A stretch of DNA of 64,000 bases from Phycisphaerae bacterium (GTDB taxonomy: Bacteria > Planctomycetota > Phycisphaerae > Sedimentisphaerales > Anaerobacaceae). The notes under the pieces are model-generated. The model ran no database searches and was not told the DNA's origin. It was given only the letters and a program-made list of their open reading frames with translations. Numbering within the stretch: position 1 is the stretch's first letter; every line of letters starts with the position of its first letter. The position numbers and the translations under genes are program-made. The DNA lies in assembly GCA_021736645.1 (NCBI GenBank), contig JAIPFM010000051.1:2513-66512 (forward strand). The letters are read 5' to 3'. This document shows positions 10,658 through 18,993 of the stretch, one piece after another.

Positions 10658-12022
10658 TTGGCCCATGCTGCGGGACTGTTAACCGCGTACAATTTGAGAG
10701 GAATCATGATGGCAAAGACTGTGATCGTACTGGTTGCAGGGCTGCTGATGAGTGCGGGTGCTGCGCAGGACCTGGCTGCACCGGTTCGCATTCTGGCAGA
10801 CGGGCAGCCTATTGACACAGATGTGGGCCACGCTGCCCCGTTTGTGTGTGATTTTGATGGTGATGGAGTGCAGGATCTGCTCGTGGGCCAGTTTGGCCAG
10901 GGCAGCCTTTGGATCTATCGCAATGAAGGCACGAATCAAACCCCCAAGCTCGCAGCCGGTCGGAAATTCAAAGACGGTCATGAAGACGGTTGCGTGCCCT
11001 ATGGCTGATGCATTGGATTTGGTCCACATGTTGTGGACCTCGACAATGATGGGCACATGGACCTGATATCCGGTTCCTGGCCCGGGGAAGTCTATCTGTT
11101 CAAGGGCGGCCCGAACCACACATTTGCCAAGCCTGTCATGCTGAAACACAAGCAGGGCGATCCAATCAATGTGGGTGGAGGCATTGAAGAACGTGCTGAC
11201 GGGAGCATGCTGGTCAGGGGCAAGGTGGACTGGGAGACCACCGATGAGGGAACGGTGGTGGTGTACCGCGGCAAACGCATCAAGAGCACACCTGAGAAAC
11301 CCCTCTCCTCCACAGGCACAGCCTCCACAGTGCGCGCCGCAGATTGGGACGGCGACGGTGACATGGACTTGATCGTGGGTTCCATTAGTGGCGAAGTGCA
11401 CTGGATTCCTAATGAAGGTACGCCTGAGGCCTGGGCCTTTGGCCAAGCCGTGCCTCTTAAGGTGGGCAGCCAGCCTCTGGACGTGGGCGGTCGTGCAGGA
11501 CCCTTTGCCGCGGACTGGGATGGTGACGGCGATCTGGATCTGATCGTTGGTGCGGAAAACGGCAGTGTCTCTCTGTTTGCCAATACAGGTACGCGGACCG
11601 CACCCATACTGGCCAAGGCCACGGAGATTGTGCCGCCGGGTCAAGTCACGTACGGCCCCGGCGCCTCAAAAACCCCCCAGCGCGGCAGCAGGGCAAAGGT
11701 TTGCGTGGCGGATTGGAACGGCGACGGCAAGCTGGATCTGCTGGTGGGCGATATGGCCACGCAGAAACCGGATCTGCCGGACCCCACGCCTGACCAGGTT
11801 GCAGAGTATGACCGTTTGCGCAAGGCACTGGAGCCTCTGAACAAACGCTACAGCGAACTGATTGATAAGCTCATGGGCCAGTCGCGCGTGCGCACGGAAA
11901 AGGAACGTGCAGAGGTTCAGGCGGAATTGCAGAAGGTGGGCCAACACATGCAGGAACTCCAAAGCAGGCTTCCGCGTGACTATGAAACGCATGGTTGGGT
12001 GTGGCTGTTTTTGAGAAAATAA
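10658..12022 (+). pseudogene. FG-GAP/VCBS-repeat secreted protein in one reading frame, interrupted by in-frame TGA at 11006-11008 (pseudogene, sequencing error, or recoded UGA)
   Basis: ORFs 10658-11008 and 11033-12022 are in the same frame. An FG-GAP repeat ('IGFGPHVVDLDNDGHMDLISG') continues straight across the stop. There are several 'DWDGDGD.DLIVG' repeats and a C-terminal coiled coil. Confidence 0.55.
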
Positions 12023-12244
12023 CGGTGTGCCCGGTCCGGGCAGTCTAAGCAGATGCCGGAGGATGTTTGTCGGGTCAAGTCATGCCCTGTCATCTGAGGC
12101 CGGTTTGCAGTTCAGGGTGTTGACAAGACAGGTCTGCGCGGGCATACTTGACGCCTGTCAGTCTGTGTTGGAAGCGATTGGGCCGTGACTGTCTCGTGAA
12201 GGGCGGCCCGGTCGACCGTCTGAGTCTACTCTGTGGGATGGATC

Positions 12245-13435
12245 ATGAAGACATACGAGCAAATCAACGACCGTATTGAATCAGGCAAGGCGGTGGTGCT
12301 CACGGCCGAGGAAATTATCGACTATGTGGACAGGAAGGGGCTTGCGGCCGCTGCCCAGGAGGTCGATGTGGTGACCACGGCCACGTTCGGCCCCATGTGT
12401 TCGTCCGGCTGTGTGCTCAATTTCGGGCATTCCAAGCCCAAGATTCGCATGACAGAGGCCTGGATTCAGGATGTGCTCGTGTATACAGGTCTGGCAGCCG
12501 TGGATGTGTATCTCGGCGCCACGCAACTGCGCCACGGCGATTCCGCCAACATGTACCACCCCGGGGAGTTTCGATACGGCGGGGCCCATGTGATCGAGGA
12601 CCTGGTCGCCGGCAAGACGCTTCAGTTGTTTGCCCTGTCGTACGGCACGGACTGCTATCCGCTTCGGGAGATCAGGACCTACTTCACGATCAACGATCTG
12701 AATCAGGCCACCATGACCAATCCTCGCAACTGCTATCAGAATTATAACGTGGCGATCAACAATTCTGACAAGACCATTTATACGTACATGGGGACACTCG
12801 AACCCCAGCGAAAAAACGCCAATTACTGTTCTGCAGGTCAGCTCTCGCCTTTGCTCAATGATCCCTTGTACGAGACCATTGGCATTGGTACGCGCGTGTG
12901 GCTTGCCGGGGCCCACGGCCATGTGTATTGCGAGGGGACACAGCATGCAGGCGGGGGCGCACGCACGCCGGACGGTGTGCCCACAGGTGGTGCCGGGACA
13001 CTGGCACTCACCGCGGACATGAAATGCATGAAGCCTGAGTTTGTACGTGGTGTGAGTCTCCGGGGGTATGGCGTGTCCCTGGCCCTGGGCGTGGGCATTC
13101 CCATTCCCATCCTGAACGAACAGGTGCTCAAGCGGACCTGCGTGCGGGATCGTGACATTCTGGCCCCGGTCGTGGATTACAGTCACGAGTATCCGCAAAA
13201 TACAGGCAAGGTCGTGGCCCAGGTCAACTATGAGCAGTTGCGCAGCGGCCGGATCGAGATTGAGGGCAAACAGATTGCCGTGGGGTCGCTGTCGTCCTAT
13301 TACAAGGCCCTGGAGATCGCGAATCTGTTGGCCGATGAGATCAGGCGGGGTGATTTCCGGTTGTCGCAGCCCCTGGCCTATCTGCCCAAGGACACCACCA
13401 TGAAACCACTTGTTGCAAGGGAGAAGCCGGCATGA
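12245..13435 (+). CDS. COG1900/DUF39 homocysteine-biosynthesis enzyme (sulfide-dependent, MA1821-like)
   Basis: Family-typical N-terminus 'KTYEQINDRIESGKAVVLTAEEI...VDVVTTATFGPMCSSG'. Next to a NIL-ferredoxin gene with a 4-bp overlap. Confidence 0.75.
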   Translation: MKTYEQINDRIESGKAVVLTAEEIIDYVDRKGLAAAAQEVDVVTTATFGPMCSSGCVLNFGHSKPKIRMTEAWIQDVLVYTGLAAVDVYLGATQLRHGDSANMYHPGEFRYGGAHVIEDLVAGKTLQLFALSYGTDCYPLREIRTYFTINDLNQATMTNPRNCYQNYNVAINNSDKTIYTYMGTLEPQRKNANYCSAGQLSPLLNDPLYETIGIGTRVWLAGAHGHVYCEGTQHAGGGARTPDGVPTGGAGTLALTADMKCMKPEFVRGVSLRGYGVSLALGVGIPIPILNEQVLKRTCVRDRDILAPVVDYSHEYPQNTGKVVAQVNYEQLRSGRIEIEGKQIAVGSLSSYYKALEIANLLADEIRRGDFRLSQPLAYLPKDTTMKPLVAREKPA

Positions 13436-13851
13436 GTGACACTGTAAAGCAGAAATTGATGCTGGATTTTCCCAGGTGTGAGTGTGAAAAGCCCATCATC
13501 TATCATCTGGTCAAGGATTATGATCTTGTCGTGAATGTGTTTCGGGCCAAGGTGACACCTGAAGAACGCGGCTACCTGGTCCTGGATGTGACCGGTACAC
13601 CGGAAAACATCGGGCGGGCCATTGACTATGTCAAGACCTTTCATGTGATCGTGAACACCACAGGCAAGGGCGTGACTCGAGACCTGGATCGGTGTACGCA
13701 TTGCGGCCACTGTGTCACGCACTGTCCCACTGAAGCCCTGCGCATCGGCGATCCAGCGACGCGGGAAGTCACCTACAACGAGGCCGAGTGCATTGAATGC
13801 CTGGCCTGCGTGCGAGTGTGTCCCTATGGGGCCTGCGCCTCGGCCTTTTAG
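13432..13851 (+). CDS. NIL-domain / 2x[4Fe-4S] ferredoxin protein (MA1822-like partner of COG1900)
   Basis: N-terminal NIL-like domain, then 'CTHCGHCVTHCP' and 'CIECLACVRVCP' ferredoxin motifs. Start overlaps the upstream stop (ATGA). Confidence 0.75.
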   Translation: MSDTVKQKLMLDFPRCECEKPIIYHLVKDYDLVVNVFRAKVTPEERGYLVLDVTGTPENIGRAIDYVKTFHVIVNTTGKGVTRDLDRCTHCGHCVTHCPTEALRIGDPATREVTYNEAECIECLACVRVCPYGACASAF

Positions 13852-14565
13852 GTGCGGCGAGTAAAAAGTCTTGTGGCCACCCAACGCATTTATCAGACGT
13901 TTACGTATCGAGAGGCGGTATTTCGCATCTGTTGTGCGCGGTATGATGCAGTCACTCGCGAAATCGTGCGACAGCGTCACGTGCTGGAGGCCTATATCGA
14001 ATACCATCCCGAGTTTCAAAAGGCCCTGATGCCCATTGAGCTGCTCCCGGATGCCCCTGAGGTGGCACAGCAGATGGCCCGGGCAGCGCGGCTCGTGGGT
14101 GTGGGGCCCATGGCAGCGGTGGCAGGGGCCATGGCACAGTGCGCAGCCAGGGCCGGTCTTGAGGCCGGAGCCCCAGAGGCCATCATTGAAAACGGTGGTG
14201 ACATCTACGTGCAGACAGTGACCCCTGTGGTGATCGGTCTGGGCCCGGGCACGCATAAACTGACCGGTCAACTGGCCTTTTCCCTGCAGCCCCATGAAAC
14301 GCCCATCTCGATCTGTTCCTCTTCCGGGCGCATGGGCCATTCGATGAGCCTGGGACAGTGTGACCTGGCCACGGTGGTGGCCCCGGACGCGGCCCTGGCA
14401 GACGCTGCTGCCACGCAGGCGGCCAATGGTGTGAAGACCGAGAAAGACATCAATCCGACCTTGGAGCGCATCGCAGCCATTCCGGGTGTTCATGGCGTCT
14501 TGATCGTGAAGAATGATCGCATCGGCCTGGCCGGTGCATTACCCTCGCTGGTCAGGATTGAATGA
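13852..14565 (+). CDS. UPF0280 / ApbE-like superfamily protein
   Basis: GTG start directly after the upstream stop. 'GVGPMAAVAGAMAQ...IIENGGDIYV' resembles the ApbE-fold core. Confidence 0.5.
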   Translation: MRRVKSLVATQRIYQTFTYREAVFRICCARYDAVTREIVRQRHVLEAYIEYHPEFQKALMPIELLPDAPEVAQQMARAARLVGVGPMAAVAGAMAQCAARAGLEAGAPEAIIENGGDIYVQTVTPVVIGLGPGTHKLTGQLAFSLQPHETPISICSSSGRMGHSMSLGQCDLATVVAPDAALADAAATQAANGVKTEKDINPTLERIAAIPGVHGVLIVKNDRIGLAGALPSLVRIE

Positions 14566-14847
14566 GTGCGCATGGACTGGTTCTCATGCAGACTTTCCCC
14601 CGGGGACAGGGTGTTGACAAGATCTGGTCCAGGGTGCATACTGAACACCGTAATTCACGGGTACCGGAGCGTGTGCCTTCAGGGTCTCGTTGAGGGTCGG
14701 TCAAGGATGTTTATGCTGGGAGACCTCGTGAAGATCGGTCTGTGAGACACCGGGGTCTTCATGTGAATGAGAAGCCCGTGATTGGGTTTGGTTGTTTTTG
14801 TTTGATGAATAGAGTTAAACTGAGACTGTGTTTAAGGAGATGTTGTC

Positions 14848-15624
14848 ATGAAGAAGAGACTGTTTGTTGTGATCACCTGTTTGACCGTCATTTTGGGGTT
14901 GAGTTGCCAGGGCTTTGCCCAGAATGCCCGGTCCGCTTCAAACCAGGTGCTGGAGCTGCGTCACTACACCTTTGCTGATGCCCAGCAACAGAAGGTCATG
15001 ATCGACTTCCTGAACAAGGTGGCCATTCCTGCGTGGAATCGTCTGGAAATTTCACCTGTGGGTGTGTTCCAAATGGCAGGGGGCGAGAACACCGACCTGT
15101 ACGTGCTGCTGCCCCACCCGTCTCTGCGATCCGTGGTCAGGGCGAATACAAGGTTTCTGGCCGATGAAAAGGTGCAGCAGGATGGGGCCGCTATGTGGCA
15201 AACCCCTATGAAAGAACCTGTGTACAAACGGATTGAAAGCAGTCTCCTGCTGAGTTTTGAAGGATGTCCCAAGGTGGAAGTGCCCACCAAGAAAGATACG
15301 CGTGTCTTTCAGTTGCGCATCTATGAAAGTCACAATGAAACCAAGGCCAAGCGAAAAATCGAGATGTTCAACAAGGGTGAAATTGCCACGTTCCGCAAAA
15401 CGGGCCTGAATCCCGTATTCTTTGGCGAATCCCTGGTGGGGGACAAGATGCCCAATCTCACATACATGGTCGGCTTTGACGATGCCGCTGCACAAAAGGC
15501 CGCCTGGAGCGCCTTTGGCCAGCATCCTGAATGGAAGAAGATGAGTTCCGATCCGTATTATGCTGACACGGTCTCGAACATCACCAACCTGGTGCTGAAG
15601 CCTGCCCCGGGCTCACAGATCTAA
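14848..15624 (+). CDS. NIPSNAP-family (dimeric alpha/beta-barrel) lipoprotein, paralog 1
   Basis: AGGAG RBS; signal peptide with Cys; two NIPSNAP-like half domains ('LELRHYTFAD...', 'LRIYESHNETKAKRKIEMFN'). Confidence 0.6.
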   Translation: MKKRLFVVITCLTVILGLSCQGFAQNARSASNQVLELRHYTFADAQQQKVMIDFLNKVAIPAWNRLEISPVGVFQMAGGENTDLYVLLPHPSLRSVVRANTRFLADEKVQQDGAAMWQTPMKEPVYKRIESSLLLSFEGCPKVEVPTKKDTRVFQLRIYESHNETKAKRKIEMFNKGEIATFRKTGLNPVFFGESLVGDKMPNLTYMVGFDDAAAQKAAWSAFGQHPEWKKMSSDPYYADTVSNITNLVLKPAPGSQI

Positions 15625-15642
15625 CTATTTGAACAGCCGTCA

Positions 15643-15688
15643 CACACATGCCGTGCCTTTCAAGGTGCGGCATGTGTTATTCTCTCTT
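15643..15688 (+). terminator. hairpin terminator after NIPSNAP paralog 1
   Basis: Inverted repeat ACACATGCCG...CGGCATGTGT, followed by a T-rich tail. Confidence 0.45.
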
Positions 15689-15850
15689 GCTCACCCCATG
15701 CCCGTCCCTCCCGTGGATCATGTCTGCATGCCCTCTGTTTGTCCGGATCACCTCAGATTTTAAAACTAGATCTTTTCGTTCTTTTTGAGACATGGTAGAA
15801 TTACGCCTCGTGTCAGTTCTTATAGATAACCAGAACAAAAGGAGATTCGT

Positions 15851-16627
15851 ATGAAGCCAGGACCATGTGTTAAATCAATCTGTCTGATCATGATGATCTG
15901 TGTGGCTGCTACAGGGTGCAAGCCCCTGAGCTACAGTGCTGGTTCCAGGCAATGCCTGGAATTGCGTCACTATGAATTCGCCGATGAAGCACACCAACAG
16001 ACCATGGTCGATTTTCTGGCTGAGACTGCCATTCCTGCGTGGAATCGCCTGGGTGTGTCCCCTGTGGGCGTGTTTCAACTGGCAGATGGCAGCAGTACTG
16101 ACCTCTATGTGCTCTTGCCGCACAAGAATCTGAAGTCTGTGGCCACAACCCAGACAGCCTGGATCGCCGATCCCGAGATGAAGGCCAAGAGTGCTGTGGT
16201 GGATGGTCCCAAAAAGGATCCTGTGTACAAACGATTCGACAGCGCCTTGCTTCTGGCATTCGAAGGCTGTCCCAAGGTGGAAGTGCCCAGTCAGGCTGCA
16301 TCGCGCGTGCTCCAGTTGCGCATCTATGAAAGTCACAACAGCACCAAGGCCAAGCGCAAGATCGAGATGTTCAATTCCGGAGAGATTCCCGTGTTTCGCG
16401 AAACCGGTTTGAATCCCGTGTTCTTTGGCGAGTCCCTGGTGGGCGGCAAAATGCCGAACCTCACGTACATGGTCGGCTTTGATTCTGTGGACGCCCAGAC
16501 AAAGGCCTGGGACACATTCCGTGCGCATCCGAAATGGAAGGCCATGAGTTCTGATCCGTACTATGCAGACACCGTCTCAAACATCACCAACCTCATATTG
16601 AAGCCAGCCAAGGGGTCTCAGATTTAG
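15851..16627 (+). CDS. NIPSNAP-family lipoprotein, paralog 2 (tandem duplicate)
   Basis: About 70% amino-acid identity to 14848-15624, with stretches of identical DNA. AAGGAG RBS; lipobox 'AATGC'. Confidence 0.6.
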   Translation: MKPGPCVKSICLIMMICVAATGCKPLSYSAGSRQCLELRHYEFADEAHQQTMVDFLAETAIPAWNRLGVSPVGVFQLADGSSTDLYVLLPHKNLKSVATTQTAWIADPEMKAKSAVVDGPKKDPVYKRFDSALLLAFEGCPKVEVPSQAASRVLQLRIYESHNSTKAKRKIEMFNSGEIPVFRETGLNPVFFGESLVGGKMPNLTYMVGFDSVDAQTKAWDTFRAHPKWKAMSSDPYYADTVSNITNLILKPAKGSQI

Positions 16628-17120
16628 ACACTCCATAATCGCTCCCCAGGTTCTTTGGTGGCTGTTTCTTATAGGTCGCCGCGACATTGCCATCTGTGAC
16701 AGGCGACGAGGAGGTGGCCGTATTGTTCTTGTTGTAACATCATTGGCAGGTGTTTTATTATGAGTCAATGCCTGGGGGCGCATACTCATAACCGCAGGGT
16801 TTGTGCAGGTACCCGGGATCTCTTTGCGATTGAAAAACCAAAATAAGGCCCGATAGTCTTATTTGAGAAGACTGCCATCCCGGTGTTTTTTGCCTCTGGG
16901 TCACAATAAAAAATGGCCTGCAGTCGAATGACGGCCCATTTGTGGACAGGACACATCATCTGGCCAAAAGTGAGATCCTTTAAGTTCGATTTAAAGGTAA
17001 TACTGTGGTCTTTTTGATCGATAAGCATCTATAGTCTATTGAGGTGCTCTGTGCATAAACTGCGGGGAACTTGCATTGCACGCTTTGGCCTCAAACACAG
17101 ATATTTGAAAAGGGTGAACA

Positions 17121-17561
17121 ATGTCCATTGAAAAAGTAACAGAGGTAGATCCGTCAGTACAGCTCAAAAAGAACGCGCTGCATCAGGGTGACAGGGGGAA
17201 TTCTACTCCCATGATTGCCAAAGATTCTGATAATGATGGATTTATGTCTCTGGATGAACTTAAGCTCAAGAACAAAGTCAAAGACCAGGTTCTGGGGGAC
17301 GCGGACCTGGATGGTGACGGTATTGTCAGCCCAAAGGAACAGGTGATCAAAGGCAATTCAACTGAAAATATGGAGTATGACCTAAGTTATGCCCAAGAGA
17401 ACGCGGCCAAATTGTTGGGGATGTTAACCGGCCAGGTCGGGATAGACACTCCTGCCCAACGTATGCTTGAAGTCATGCATAAATGCGGTACTGGCCAGGC
17501 AAATGACGAGAAACTCCAAAGTTTGCTTCAAAGCGAGGACGACTTGAACCTCTTGGCTTAA
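17121..17561 (+). CDS. small acidic protein with two EF-hand Ca-binding loops
   Basis: 'DSDNDGFMSLDE' and 'DLDGDGIVSPKE' match the canonical 12-residue EF-hand loop. Lower-GC gene inside an AT-rich island. Confidence 0.55.
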   Translation: MSIEKVTEVDPSVQLKKNALHQGDRGNSTPMIAKDSDNDGFMSLDELKLKNKVKDQVLGDADLDGDGIVSPKEQVIKGNSTENMEYDLSYAQENAAKLLGMLTGQVGIDTPAQRMLEVMHKCGTGQANDEKLQSLLQSEDDLNLLA

Positions 17562-17735
17562 CCCGAATTATTCATGATCCATCGGCTGCAATCGCGTATC
17601 TCCCACCATCTCAAGGCCTTATCTTGATCGCCGACCTTGACGTATTTCAATACTACTGCGCCCGGCTCACTGCGCTAATCCCTGGATCTGACGGAAGCTA
17701 CACGATTTCGCTTCGATGTTCATGAATAATCCGGG
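17562..17735. mobile_element. MITE-like element: 174 bp bounded by 16-bp terminal inverted repeats
   Basis: CCCGAATTATTCATGA at 17562-17577 and TCATGAATAATCCGGG at 17720-17735 match 15/16 as reverse complements. The interior is non-coding, between convergent genes. Confidence 0.3.
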
Positions 17736-17788
17736 CTAACGCAATACGTGTGATCACAGCTCACATCTTCCACATCCTTTAGCTATCC

Positions 17789-18775
17789 TTACTGGCCCTT
17801 GACCAGCCAGATATTTCGGTATTGAACCGGGTGCCCATGATCCTGTAAATGAATCGGGCCCGTAGCTTCGCTCTTACCTTTCCATCGATCTCCAGAGTAC
17901 TCAATTTCCACATCGTCCTGGATCGTAATGCCATTGTGAATCACGGTAATTCGGGGGTTTTCTCGCACCGTCCCGTCTGAATTCAGACGCGGCGCCCTAA
18001 AAGTGACATCGTAGGTCTGCCAGGTTTCGGGCGGCAGGCAGGCATTGACTCTGGCGCGGGCACGATTGTACAGTCCGCCGCAGTCCCCAGAGGTATGCAC
18101 CAGGCCAAAGGAATCCAGCACCTGCACCTCAAACTCGCCGGCAAAATACACACCACTGTTGGCACGACCCTGCCCTCGATTGTTGGGTTCCAGGGGAAGC
18201 TTGAATTCCAGGTGAAAGTGCTTGATGTCCCCAAAATGTTGTTTTGTCTCATTGCCACCCTTGTTCACTGACATGGCGCCGTTGTCCAGAGCTTTCCATT
18301 CGGCATTCGTCCAAGCACTCATGTCCGGTGTCACGCCTTCTTTAAATGCAAGCAGCACCACTGCATCCTGAGGCGGCTTCAAGCCTTCCTTGGGTGACTT
18401 TCGAGAGATCTTCTGTAACTCAAAGTGCTGTCCGTATTCTGACCGGACAGAGAGGTGGTCATTTTGAATCTGTCCGTGCCAGTAATAGCCCCCGGCCCTG
18501 TCCGCAATGATCAAGGTTGAACCTTTGCGATGGCCATACAACTCGATATTCCCGCCATCCTGATTTTTCTGGCCGGGCGTTGTGGTGATCATAATGCGAT
18601 AAAACACATCATCCCCTTCAGCCACCACCTTGGCAGACGCAGGCATGGTCTGGAGCCCATCCGGGTAGTACGTCCCATCATACTCGCCCATAAAGACCTC
18701 TGCCCAGCCCACTGAAAGGCCTGTCAAGCTGATGATGCTCATTGCCAGCCACATGACTCGATTCTGCGTGTTCAT
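17789..18775 (-). CDS. secreted DUF1080 (3-keto-disaccharide hydrolase-like / LamG-fold) protein
   Basis: Signal peptide. C-terminal 'IHLQDHGHPVQYRNIWL' is the DUF1080 hallmark. Confidence 0.75.
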   Translation of the reverse strand: MNTQNRVMWLAMSIISLTGLSVGWAEVFMGEYDGTYYPDGLQTMPASAKVVAEGDDVFYRIMITTTPGQKNQDGGNIELYGHRKGSTLIIADRAGGYYWHGQIQNDHLSVRSEYGQHFELQKISRKSPKEGLKPPQDAVVLLAFKEGVTPDMSAWTNAEWKALDNGAMSVNKGGNETKQHFGDIKHFHLEFKLPLEPNNRGQGRANSGVYFAGEFEVQVLDSFGLVHTSGDCGGLYNRARARVNACLPPETWQTYDVTFRAPRLNSDGTVRENPRITVIHNGITIQDDVEIEYSGDRWKGKSEATGPIHLQDHGHPVQYRNIWLVKGQ

Positions 18776-18926
18776 ATTGAGAACTCCTTCTGTTATGTAT
18801 CATGGTCACCTACTCATCTTGCAGAAAGTAACATGCCGTGAATTCGGGTGCAATCGTATTTCCTGAAAACCAGGGTAGTTATCCGTGCCAGACAACTAGA
18901 AATGCTGTGATCTGATCTTTAAATAT

Positions 18927-18935
18927 GGTATATTG
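18927..18935 (+). promoter_or_regulatory. extended -10 promoter (TGGTATATT) for LTD-CotH gene 1
   Basis: TGnTATAtT about 58 nt upstream of the ATG at 18994, in an AT-rich stretch. Near-identical element upstream of the paralog at 36686. Confidence 0.4.
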
Positions 18936-18993
18936 GTACCTAATATTGTTTTTGATTCACATGGGTGATTAGCACAGGATAGGGTGGTCTTTG

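Noticed and set aside
10679-11644. 321-aa minus-strand ORF across the FG-GAP gene
   Set aside because: Antisense to FG-GAP repeats with clear family signatures on the + strand.
12118-12160. SAM riboswitch upstream of the homocysteine module
   Set aside because: I could not recognise SAM-I/II conserved cores. Only a possible sigma-70 promoter (TTGACA-17-CATACT) with a GACAGG/CCTGTC dyad, too weak to call.
12281-14493. Minus-strand ORFs of 305 and 371 aa over the COG1900/NIL/UPF0280 operon
   Set aside because: Antisense to three well-supported, translationally coupled + strand genes.
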